Origin: a virus
Taxonomy: Duplodnaviria > Caudoviricetes
DNA length: 64,000 bases
IMG/VR virus record: IMGVR_UViG_3300017700_000931
Span: 128,001 to 192,000 of that record
Reading direction: 5' to 3' (one strand)
Part shown: one piece after another, positions 48,001-56,406 of the stretch
Position numbering within the stretch: the first letter of the stretch is position 1
Layout: the number at the start of each line of letters is the position of its first letter
Position numbers and translations under genes: made by a program
Notes under the pieces: model-generated
The model's database searches: none
Told to the model about the DNA's origin: nothing
What the model saw: the letters and a program-made list of their open reading frames with translations, nothing else

Positions 48001-48495
48001 TCTACCACTACCAATAAATGAATAATCACCACTAACAACGTTTTGATTACCACCACCGATAACACCATTAACTGATGTCACTGAATTACTACCACCACCA
48101 CCAATAAATGCATAGCTTCCAGAGGCGATGTTAAATCCACCACCAGCAATAGTAGTATAGGTACCACTAGCATTGTTACCACCAAGTGCTGGTTGTATTC
48201 CAGTAGCTCCAGAATAAACATATGGAGATATACCTCCACCAGTATTAAAAACTGACCAATCAGTAAAATCAAATAACCAAGGTTCTTGATTTAATTTATA
48301 ATAATCAGTACCACCGGATACACCAACCACCATACCAGCAATTCTTCTATCTTCAGTGATGTTATCTAAGTCTGCTAATGTATCAACATTCCTAAAACCA
48401 TCACGCATATACCTTGCATCGATAATTGCATATGTATCACCAGTTGATGTTGGTGCAAATTCACCAGTCGCTTGTACAGTTCCGTTTATTGCCAT
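45028..48495 (-). CDS. Long tail fibre / adhesin with about 14-aa GGxxN beta-roll repeats
   Basis: About 20 repeats such as FIGGGxxN and SAIVGG; repeated GIG..P...LHV shaft motifs; C-terminal WDDDYWYQKTNTGW. Confidence 0.8.
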   Translation of the reverse strand: MAINGTVQATGEFAPTSTGDTYAIIDARYMRDGFRNVDTLADLDNITEDRRIAGMVVGVSGGTDYYKLNQEPWLFDFTDWSVFNTGGGISPYVYSGATGIQPALGGNNASGTYTTIAGGGFNIASGSYAFIGGGGSNSVTSVNGVIGGGNQNVVSGDYSFIGSGRLNLVTNNESAIVGGIDNRILAGYRAFIGGGAHNTISGNTYNVIVGGLYNLNNGYVSSIVGGNNNTILNGGSKSFIGGGFYNTINGYGSIIVGGTQNSVTGNYSAIGGGLGNTTSGNYSSIAGGTRNLASGIGSFIGGGGFYAGYSGTYGNSATTQNSAIVGGYKNIISGGAYAAHSFIGGGGYNSISTLQSVILGGKHSSIQGGGYYSAIIGGRNHTINNGYYSAIIGGLNNYASGNAVVIGGNNISGTSNNTVYVPTLNLNNVPDNDNALTQVLVRAADGTVKYKAASSFTFTGNTSASCISDLYVTDIYGCSPVTINGSTTGSGNHTFKVRNQTTELISVRDDGYTEFTKNGAESVFGTSSNYLNHIGNRLVQFSNSATYTGFHADRNGSGISMRATSANDISLIESTGTMTFSTGWDNNFNTSGTLAMLINGDNRRVGIGLPTNLTIPDATLHVRSTGTTTNTSAQIWQNGTPTELARITDDGGLCIGINTLAGGFANAARLRVDVTTSADYTNTVVFDQTYNNTSNNSNTANTFVSRIYKSSAFNLGYLHSSYYQTRNDGTGSINYMYGTESQIYNIGNANITNAFAYSARVQYQAGNISLLGGLDVSYQENLSGTISNMIGVLVRTPVNVTSPTVTNTYGVLLQANTLGANDYGFYQQGADTINHYAGKSGFNITAPTALVHAKATGDTFTGIAFKVEGATVDNLLTIKDNGRIGVNVAPNSGDRIYITAGSGLDGAINISSTNLANNGYAILAQGGTSSSNYNGIWSDVTGGGTGIGRSFYGNSGINGYSQNYGGYFSARNGSTYSVGVYGSANGGDAVTPSDFVAGVWGNVGATLADDRRAIYANISQSTNIENANSYGMRFEVSYVSTVSAETVYGIYSDASAVGSGVTNVSGYFKATNVSNNENYAIITDGGDSGFGTLTPTDMLHVNGVTGSTQFRLEQSYTPTGSGDTAGNIGSVAWDDDYWYQKTNTGWGRIAWSYAF

Positions 48496-48512
48496 TTTTT
48501 ATATTTTTATAA

Positions 48513-49928
48513 TTAAGTCGTGATTATAGAGATGGTACCACCCAAAGTATTTTTAGTCCTGTAAACATCGTAGGTTATAGGAATACCAAAGGCATTAGTA
48601 ACAACTACTTGTTGTGTATAGTAACCATTATTGAGTATTGTATAACCATCATCAATACCAGCCATAGCTACAGTTAAATTAGTTGAAGCATCTCTGAATA
48701 AAGTTGGGTTAGTTAATGCTACTGGAATACAAATATATTTGTAATTACCAGCACCTAAAGCATACGTTGCATTAGCAGTCGTTGCTAAATTGGTACTGGT
48801 TAAACCAGTAATATTACTCGCAGTTAAAGCAGTTAATGCACTGGTTCCGTAGTATATTCTATTATACCAGTTAACAACGAAATTTCTTGTAAATGTCGCA
48901 TTATTAGTATTCTTAGCTGAAATTTGCCAAGTTTGAGTACCAGCAACCGTCCTAGTTACACTTGGTATTGATATAACTTCAGAACCATCATTTGCAATAC
49001 CACTAGATGGTGTATTGATAAATGCACCAGTATTGATGTTTTTAATTTTAACTGAGTTTGCTTGGATATTCCCACTAAATGTCGTTGCCCAAGTAAATGT
49101 CCTAGGACCACCTAAAATACTAGCCCCAATTTCTAAACTAGTAGATTGGGCACTTATAAGGAATGAACTAAAAGCTGGATTCAAATATGGATATAATAAA
49201 GCATTCCACATTTCTTGCATTGTTACACCACTAAAACTACTACCAGCTAAAATACCACCAATTGTTGTTGGTGTTGGTGCCGGATTAGTATACAATAATG
49301 TACTTGATGAGGTTGGGTCCGTATCAAATACTTGCATTGAATCACCATTATAAACCATGAAATAAGTGATTCCGGTGGTTAACCCACTAGGTACTGGACC
49401 CTCCAAACCATTTTCTGTTGGTACAAATAAATCTAAAATACCATTTCCGTCAATATTAATTGTTGTTGCGGTAGTTATGTTTGTATCATCAAACATAATA
49501 GCATATACAACATTTGTTAAATAACCACCAGTAATGGTAGGGTCAGCAACACCAATATAATTGTCTGCTGTACTTGCCGTAACATTTACATATTGATTAA
49601 AAGAAGGTGTACCGAATCCTAAATTAGTCGTGACACTAAAACCATCGTTTCTACTCAGAACTAATGTTGCACCACTCATAGTAGCACCAGTAACAAATGT
49701 ATCTCCAGCTGAAACAATTCCACTAAGGTCTAAATCGATAGATGTACCATCGACTTTATACAATGTAAGTGTTGTACCAGAAGTATCACCAGTATACACT
49801 AAATTACCCTTAAGATTTATGAAGTTATTATCTAAATCAGTATGTGATAATACCGACCCTAGATTAATATCAGTAAATTGCCCTGAAAATGGACTGTTTT
49901 TGCTTCTAAGAATTAATTTATAGCTCAT
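48513..49928 (-). CDS. Virion structural / fibre-base protein
   Basis: LSHTDLDNNFINL N-terminus, DTFVTGAT repeat, Ig-like beta C-terminus. Confidence 0.6.
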   Translation of the reverse strand: MSYKLILRSKNSPFSGQFTDINLGSVLSHTDLDNNFINLKGNLVYTGDTSGTTLTLYKVDGTSIDLDLSGIVSAGDTFVTGATMSGATLVLSRNDGFSVTTNLGFGTPSFNQYVNVTASTADNYIGVADPTITGGYLTNVVYAIMFDDTNITTATTINIDGNGILDLFVPTENGLEGPVPSGLTTGITYFMVYNGDSMQVFDTDPTSSSTLLYTNPAPTPTTIGGILAGSSFSGVTMQEMWNALLYPYLNPAFSSFLISAQSTSLEIGASILGGPRTFTWATTFSGNIQANSVKIKNINTGAFINTPSSGIANDGSEVISIPSVTRTVAGTQTWQISAKNTNNATFTRNFVVNWYNRIYYGTSALTALTASNITGLTSTNLATTANATYALGAGNYKYICIPVALTNPTLFRDASTNLTVAMAGIDDGYTILNNGYYTQQVVVTNAFGIPITYDVYRTKNTLGGTISIITT

Positions 49929-49965
49929 TTGTTTACTAGTTTATCTATAAATAGTTCTAGATAAG

Positions 49966-49993
49966 AAAAAAAGGTCTCAGTGAGACCTTTTTT
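49966..49993 (-). terminator. Intrinsic terminator
   Basis: GGTCTC-AGT-GAGACC flanked by A7 and T6 tracts. Confidence 0.7.
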
Positions 49994-49996
49994 CAA

Positions 49997-51805
49997 TTAA
50001 ATAGCTGAACAACCACTACATGTTCCATACCTATCACACTCTTCAGCACAATTAGCTTTTAATTCACACCAATTTAAATCACAAATGTGAAATCTAAATT
50101 GAGAAATACTACCAATGAATGTACCTGCAAAATTTTCTTGAATACATAATCCTAAATCATCTGGGTCTTGACCATCAAAAGTCATCGATTCTAATAATCC
50201 TTGAGAACCACCACCTAAGCTGATGTTATAAGGAACACCAACCTGTTTCTTCCAGTGTTCACCATTCGCAATCCCCAATCGTCTAGCAATAAATTCATCG
50301 AATTCAGCAACATGTTTGAGTCTACAATTCACATAAAACATTAATTTACCTTGTCTTGAGCCCTTAGTTTCTAATTCACACTCATCATACGTATCATTAG
50401 CTACAAATCTAACTGAAATGTTAGTCCAAACATTATCACTCACCATACCACTTGCTGAAAACGATTCTTCAATAGAACAACCGGACACATAAGTATCACC
50501 TGAGCATACACCACTAACCGTCAAAAGTCGGTAACCAATACTACCATCATCTTTAATAATGAAAGCCATTGCATTATCAACAACATCAAGTCGCCAATCT
50601 AATTCGGTTACTTCTACAGAATCACCAGAATAATTACATGCTAAAGTTGGTGTCGATGCTGTATCACCACAAGGAGAACAACCTCTACCGTTTGCTCTAT
50701 GATAAATTAGGAATGGATTTCTAAAATCAGTTTGTACCATTTGTGTACTAGTAACAAAAATACTATTACCAGTAAAACTGCAAGTGGTATATCTACCAAA
50801 TCTGTCTCCAACGGTATTACAAATAGTATCACATTCGAATGTTGATGCTGATGTCACACCAGTTGTACAACCAGTATTTATGTTAGTATTTCCTGTAGAA
50901 CCACAAGGTTGACAAGATGAATCTCTCGCCCTACCATAAATTAAAAATTGATTAGTAATTTCAGTAATGGTTATTAATGGTGGATTTAGTGGAAATGGTA
51001 ATCCACTCACATCATCCCAGATACAAAGGTCAATTTCTTTTGGAATCGTACACCATTCAGTTGCACCGGATGTGCATGCTGATGTACTACCAGTATTCAA
51101 CCCTTCAAACTGATTCCAGAATTTATTCTCAGCCCTAGTCCCTAAATAAAAAAATATTCCTTTATTTTCTGGATACAAATCATTCAGAGTAGTCCCAGTT
51201 GTTCCACTACAAATATCATCTGACTTATTTAACCAAAATTCAGCAACCCAAGCCTTCGGTACTCTATTCGGTAATACCTCATAAGAATTACCATCTAATT
51301 TATAAAATCCTTGGTAAAAACCACCACATAAATTCATGTAATCACCAACGGCACCAGAAAAAGAAACATGCTCCATTGGATAAACATAATTTCCTGTCAT
51401 ACCAGTTACTCGATTTAAAATTAGTCTTGTATCTCCAGATACAATTACAAGTGTTGAGCCAGTTAATGCAGATAATAGTGCTTGATTAGTTGTATCACCA
51501 GATAATTTATTATAAGTGATTAATCCATTATCAATACCTGTTAAACCAATGGTATTTAATGTGTAACCAGTATTTGTTGCACCAGTCCATGATGTTAGGC
51601 TATAAATGGTATCTGCTGATGTAGAGCCGCTAGAATATATATCACCATCATTAAAATCATAATGCACTACAAGACAATCAGCAACCAAGCCAGTATTTTG
51701 TGCTGAACAAGATTCATCTTTCCCTAAATAAAAATCATAGTATTCACTATCACTCAATCTAAGCTCTAATTTTTTTGCATTAAAATTTAAAATATTACCA
51801 GCCAT
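49997..51805 (-). CDS. Cys-rich virion protein with a LamG/concanavalin A-like domain
   Basis: WTNISVRF, GKLMFYVN, ISLGGG, FIGSISQFRF LamG-like strands; many Cys. Confidence 0.55.
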   Translation of the reverse strand: MAGNILNFNAKKLELRLSDSEYYDFYLGKDESCSAQNTGLVADCLVVHYDFNDGDIYSSGSTSADTIYSLTSWTGATNTGYTLNTIGLTGIDNGLITYNKLSGDTTNQALLSALTGSTLVIVSGDTRLILNRVTGMTGNYVYPMEHVSFSGAVGDYMNLCGGFYQGFYKLDGNSYEVLPNRVPKAWVAEFWLNKSDDICSGTTGTTLNDLYPENKGIFFYLGTRAENKFWNQFEGLNTGSTSACTSGATEWCTIPKEIDLCIWDDVSGLPFPLNPPLITITEITNQFLIYGRARDSSCQPCGSTGNTNINTGCTTGVTSASTFECDTICNTVGDRFGRYTTCSFTGNSIFVTSTQMVQTDFRNPFLIYHRANGRGCSPCGDTASTPTLACNYSGDSVEVTELDWRLDVVDNAMAFIIKDDGSIGYRLLTVSGVCSGDTYVSGCSIEESFSASGMVSDNVWTNISVRFVANDTYDECELETKGSRQGKLMFYVNCRLKHVAEFDEFIARRLGIANGEHWKKQVGVPYNISLGGGSQGLLESMTFDGQDPDDLGLCIQENFAGTFIGSISQFRFHICDLNWCELKANCAEECDRYGTCSGCSAI

Positions 51806-51809
51806 TTAA

Positions 51810-53930
51810 TTAAAATTTTTCTAGACCAGTCCTTCTCCAACCAGTATTTGTTTTTATGTAAACATAATCATCATCCCAAACAACATCTCCAACTAATCCA
51901 ATTTTATCGCTAGAAGAAATTGGTGAAAATTCAGGTAGTGTTAATTGACTCGTAGTCAAAGAAGGTCCGACAACCCATCTACCATTTTCATCTATCTTAA
52001 TGAAAGAATCAGTATTATTGTTGACACCATTTTTTACTGAAATACCACCACCGACAGATGTTTCATGAGTACCACCAAAATTCAATTCAATAGTATTATC
52101 TTCAGCTGCAATCGTTTGTGTTTCTAATACTGTATTTGTAATAATAACATCACCAGAACTCAGCTCTTTAATAGCTTCAACTAACCATGGGATTATTTCA
52201 GTATAACTAAGATTTAACATACCATCACCCTTAGACCTAAATTTAACGATTTCTGGTATTATTTTTTGTACTTCTTGGGCGATAAATCCATATCTAAGAC
52301 CAGAACCCATATTTGATTCTTCGGTATATTCAAATGAAACACCCCTAATATTCTTAATAGATTCTAATGCATTTGACAATCCATTAATATTTTTCTTAAG
52401 TCTAGCATCAGAAGTACCAGCAACAATTTTTCCATTAACATCGGTCGCAATTGGGTCTGTTGATGTCAAGCCATCAATAATTAAATCTGGAACATATACC
52501 ATATTACTAAAAGCTCCAGTAAAACCAACACCACCAATAATCACAGTATCACTAAGTCCAGAATTAATTGTTGAACCAGAACTACCGATTATTACATTTC
52601 TAGAACCAGCATTAATTAAGTTGGTGTCACCACCAACTATAGCCGAACTAGATGAACCAAGAATCGTATTTGAAGAACCACCAATTAGTGATGCTGATGC
52701 ACCACTTATGAATCCACTATCAGAACCCCCGATAAATGAACCAGAAGAATCACCAGCACCATCATTAATCAAATTACTACTACCACCAACAATAATTGAT
52801 GTGTTAGAATCAATAGCATTATTATCACCACCAATAATAAATGATTTTGACCCACCAGATAAAACATGGTCAAAACCACCAATAATACCACTATATGTTG
52901 TTGACCCACTAATAATATTAAACGACCCGCCTAGTAAAATAGAATGGGTCGAACCAGATGCAATCAAAAAATCAGAACCACCTAAAATTGCAGAATAATT
53001 AGCATTAGCTTCTGAATCCATAAATGTTGAAGAAGAATGATTAAATGCTGCAATACCTTTAGCTTTTGTATAATAAGGTGAAACTGACTTACCACCAGAA
53101 AATGTAGCTGCACCTAAAGCTTGTGTTCTGGTACCAATTGCTGTTGCGGTATCACCAGTAGCTAAGGTAGCACCACCAAATGATGTAGAATATCTACCAC
53201 TACTAGTAGTTCCACTACCCCATGCGACTGAATATAAATTACTAGCTGTAGAACCATGATTTTTAGCTGAAATGGCATTAGTACCAGTACCTGCTGACCA
53301 TAATGTAGTACCGCCAGTAATGCCTGACACAGGAGCATAATAAACATCACCATCATTATTTAATGCAGTTAAAACGTATCCTGTTTGTGCTCCATTGGTA
53401 ACAATCAAACGATTAGTTTTATGTATTCCTTTGACTTCTGACCAAATAGTTCTACCAGTAAAATCTAAAGTACCTGCACTAAGATAAAAAACATCATCCG
53501 AAACAACTGAACCAGTAAATATACCCGGAGAAGTTTCAGTAATTGCTGTTACAATTATATCAAATGTAATTCCAGTATAATTTAGATATGACACATTACC
53601 ATCAAGTGTTTGTGAATTATCACCTACCCAAACATAACCACTATTTTGTGTTATTGCACTAGTCGAATCTGTAATAGCTGAAAAAACATTTTGAGCTATA
53701 TTCATACTAGGGTGACCAAATGTGAATACCGTTGTACCAGTATTTCCAGAAAAATTACTAACGATATTGATAATAGTACTGGTTGTTGCTGAAGTAGTTG
53801 AATCAGGTCCAGATGTTAGAGCACTAAAAGGTACACCAAACTCAGTAATACCACCTAAATTATGGTATTCTCTCTCCGGTAGACGATGTTGTCTATTATC
53901 TTGAAAGTTAATTTTTGTGGTAAAAGGCAT
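51810..53930 (-). CDS. Tail fibre/spike with beta-roll repeats and a peptidase S74 intramolecular chaperone
   Basis: IxGGxxN repeats; SDARLKKN...GFIAQEV...LSYTEIIPWLVEAIKEL. Confidence 0.85.
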   Translation of the reverse strand: MPFTTKINFQDNRQHRLPEREYHNLGGITEFGVPFSALTSGPDSTTSATTSTIINIVSNFSGNTGTTVFTFGHPSMNIAQNVFSAITDSTSAITQNSGYVWVGDNSQTLDGNVSYLNYTGITFDIIVTAITETSPGIFTGSVVSDDVFYLSAGTLDFTGRTIWSEVKGIHKTNRLIVTNGAQTGYVLTALNNDGDVYYAPVSGITGGTTLWSAGTGTNAISAKNHGSTASNLYSVAWGSGTTSSGRYSTSFGGATLATGDTATAIGTRTQALGAATFSGGKSVSPYYTKAKGIAAFNHSSSTFMDSEANANYSAILGGSDFLIASGSTHSILLGGSFNIISGSTTYSGIIGGFDHVLSGGSKSFIIGGDNNAIDSNTSIIVGGSSNLINDGAGDSSGSFIGGSDSGFISGASASLIGGSSNTILGSSSSAIVGGDTNLINAGSRNVIIGSSGSTINSGLSDTVIIGGVGFTGAFSNMVYVPDLIIDGLTSTDPIATDVNGKIVAGTSDARLKKNINGLSNALESIKNIRGVSFEYTEESNMGSGLRYGFIAQEVQKIIPEIVKFRSKGDGMLNLSYTEIIPWLVEAIKELSSGDVIITNTVLETQTIAAEDNTIELNFGGTHETSVGGGISVKNGVNNNTDSFIKIDENGRWVVGPSLTTSQLTLPEFSPISSSDKIGLVGDVVWDDDYVYIKTNTGWRRTGLEKF

Positions 53931-53989
53931 AATTTGTGTTTTTTAATAAATATTGCAAACTCAGGTATATTTATAGTAAAGTAATATTT

Positions 53990-54565
53990 ATGGCTACGAT
54001 TAAAAAAAAGGATTTAAATAAGTACAAGGCGAAATCACCTAAACCAAAAAAAATTGATTTGGATGAATTAGTAGATGCTGATGGTTCACCTATTGAAGGC
54101 GACCGTAATCCGGTTAATAATAGTGAAATTGAAACGGCTCCACAACAGACAACTGATGATTTTGCTAATTCTGCCATTCAACCAAATCGTTATTTTTATG
54201 GGTTGGGTGGAACTGCTTATAGTCATGGGCAACATATACAAGCCGAATCGGAAAAAAATAGAGTTGCTGAGGAGAAAATGAAAAAAATCATTGAGGACCT
54301 TACAAATAAATCCGGTGACCGTGAAATGGTTAAACGATATAAGGATAATGATGTGAATAGAAATGAAATTCCTGATTTAGAAGAATTATCAACAAAATAT
54401 CAAAAACCCATCGTTGCTAAAAAAGCACAAGAACTTTTAAAAACATTTGAAATGAACCAGTTAACTGGTGAAGAAATTGGGATTGTAATTAATTATATTT
54501 TAACCAATATTAATATAGCTGATATCCCGATGGATTACAAATCATTATTAAGAAAAAGTATCTAA
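53990..54565 (+). CDS. Hypothetical protein (likely start 53990)
   Basis: ATG at 53990 follows TATTTAT; the ORF-track extension to 53936 overlaps divergent regulatory DNA. Confidence 0.75.
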   Translation: MATIKKKDLNKYKAKSPKPKKIDLDELVDADGSPIEGDRNPVNNSEIETAPQQTTDDFANSAIQPNRYFYGLGGTAYSHGQHIQAESEKNRVAEEKMKKIIEDLTNKSGDREMVKRYKDNDVNRNEIPDLEELSTKYQKPIVAKKAQELLKTFEMNQLTGEEIGIVINYILTNINIADIPMDYKSLLRKSI

Positions 54566-55020
54566 TGCCAAATTTAGATTTAAAAAAACAAGAATTTAAA
54601 GTTAACGATAGTTTAGTTAAAGATTACTTTGGTGGTAATACTAGTGTTTCCTATGAGTATATGAATAAAGTCAAATCAGAATTAACAAATAAATCTGATA
54701 AGAATCCTAACGATATCAAAGCATTAAAGTGGCTTGAAAAAACACTTAAAACCAAAATAGATGCTGTTGACGCACCAAAGCGAATAATTATGCAAACTGA
54801 TGGTCAGGGTGGTAAAGCTGGAGGTAATGCTTATAAAGACACTCACCAAAAGGATAAAGCAAACGCTGACCCAACAAGGGTCAGAATGCCTAAAATCCAT
54901 AAGGGTAAAGTTAGTCGACAAATAATGACAAATAAAGTACAATATGAATCAGTATCTGATGAAATAACTGAAATCAACTATTTAATAGAGTACATGAATA
55001 ACAACAAAAAACAATTATAA
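54565..55020 (+). CDS. Hypothetical basic protein (151 aa)
   Basis: Start overlaps the upstream stop (TAATG). Confidence 0.8.
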   Translation: MPNLDLKKQEFKVNDSLVKDYFGGNTSVSYEYMNKVKSELTNKSDKNPNDIKALKWLEKTLKTKIDAVDAPKRIIMQTDGQGGKAGGNAYKDTHQKDKANADPTRVRMPKIHKGKVSRQIMTNKVQYESVSDEITEINYLIEYMNNNKKQL

Positions 55021-55022
55021 TT

Positions 55023-55340
55023 ATGGCAAGTAATAAATTAGAAGAAGCGGCACTACAACAAAGAAGTGCGTTAATCCCATTAAACACTTATAACCATGCA
55101 TCACCAAATAATGAGTACTCTGGACAACATCCAAATGCTTTAGGTGATGGGGACAAAAAAGGAAAAGGAACTGGTATCTTTTTGGATATCTTTAACGGTG
55201 GTGGTGATTATGATATCAATGGTAATCCAAATGTTGCTGGTTCTGGTAGAATCAAAAACATAGCTATTAATCAATACAATGGTGATAATGGTTATCAACA
55301 CCCAGATACATCTGGAAATGTTGGTCAAGTAGTAATATAA
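55023..55340 (+). CDS. Hypothetical Gly/Asn-rich protein (105 aa)
   Basis: Full ORF in the operon. Confidence 0.75.
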   Translation: MASNKLEEAALQQRSALIPLNTYNHASPNNEYSGQHPNALGDGDKKGKGTGIFLDIFNGGGDYDINGNPNVAGSGRIKNIAINQYNGDNGYQHPDTSGNVGQVVI

Positions 55341-55348
55341 TTTTATAA

Positions 55349-55732
55349 GTGAAGCTTTACAAAATATATAAAGAGCTTATAATGGAAAACACAGCACGTA
55401 ACTCCATTATTGATGCAATCGATAAACATTATCGTGTGTCAATATACTATATGGGTGATGACAATACTGCGGCTGGTAAGAGAACTATTGAAGTTTATGC
55501 TTATGGAATGTCCATAGGCGGAAACCAAGTAATAAGAGCTTATCAAATTTTTGGTGATACCAAAACTATTATTCCGCAATGGAAATTATTTAGGGTTGAT
55601 AGAATTTCAAGATGGGAACCACAAAACTTTACGTTTTATAAACCCATTTCAGAAAGGGACCCAACGATTCCAAAGTATAATCCAAATGGTGACGGTAGTA
55701 TGGTAGGTACTGTTTATAATGCAAAATTTTAA
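55349..55732 (+). CDS. Stand-alone WYL-domain protein
   Basis: AIDKHYRVSIYY..GKRTIEVYAYG..VIRAYQ..WKLFRVDRI. Confidence 0.8.
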   Translation: MKLYKIYKELIMENTARNSIIDAIDKHYRVSIYYMGDDNTAAGKRTIEVYAYGMSIGGNQVIRAYQIFGDTKTIIPQWKLFRVDRISRWEPQNFTFYKPISERDPTIPKYNPNGDGSMVGTVYNAKF

Positions 55733-55743
55733 AAACAAATGTT

Positions 55744-56349
55744 ATGAATAATCCAGCACCAGTAGATGCAAGTAGACTTAAGGGTATGTTAAAAGGAGCC
55801 AAAGCTCTTATGGATAAGGTAGAAACAGGAAATTATCAAACAGGTAATGTAAATATTGATACTTCAATCACCGGAGACCAATTAGTCGAATCAGTACATG
55901 GAAACCAAGGTATGGGTGGAGAAAATACCACAAATGTAGCACCAAAAATTGTTGGTGGCCAACCTATTTATAAAAACTTAGAAACATCTAGAATGCCTAA
56001 GAGTATAAAAGAAGCCATGCTTAAACAGCCGATACCACAAATGTCAATGGCTAATAATACATTTACATTGGATGATGTTAGTGATTTGATTGAAAAACCA
56101 TTACCTAGAACTACACCAGTAACAAAACGACCACAAATTTTAGAAACACGCCAACCAATTTCACAAGTTAACGACACTTTTACGGTTAGTGAAACTGCGT
56201 TAAGAGGAATCATTCAAGATGTTGTTAACAAACAATTACTAGAATTCATGAGCGAAACTTTTGCCAAAAAATTGACTGAAGAAGCAATCAAAAAAACAAT
56301 TAATACTCTTATAAAAGAGGGAAAGATATCAACCAAGAAAAGGGTTTAA
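55744..56349 (+). CDS. Hypothetical protein (201 aa)
   Basis: Full ORF, last gene before a terminator. Confidence 0.8.
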   Translation: MNNPAPVDASRLKGMLKGAKALMDKVETGNYQTGNVNIDTSITGDQLVESVHGNQGMGGENTTNVAPKIVGGQPIYKNLETSRMPKSIKEAMLKQPIPQMSMANNTFTLDDVSDLIEKPLPRTTPVTKRPQILETRQPISQVNDTFTVSETALRGIIQDVVNKQLLEFMSETFAKKLTEEAIKKTINTLIKEGKISTKKRV

Positions 56350-56374
56350 TACTTAATCTAACTAACAGAATTTG

Positions 56375-56405
56375 AAAAGGTCCACATATTATGTGGACCT
56401 TTTTT
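56375..56405 (+). terminator. Intrinsic terminator closing the WYL operon
   Basis: AAAAGGTCCACAT-ATT-ATGTGGACCTTTT plus T tract. Confidence 0.85.
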
Positions 56406-56406
56406 A

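Noticed and set aside
45028-53930. CRISPR array or diversity-generating retroelement in the repetitive fibre region
   Set aside because: Repeats are degenerate protein-level GGxxN units; I saw no identical spacer-separated repeats, no reverse transcriptase and no adenine-specific TR/VR pair
53936-53989. Longest-ORF 5' extensions (also 25878-25928, 38305-38322, 63149-63172)
   Set aside because: They overlap promoter boxes or upstream genes; downstream ATGs have better context
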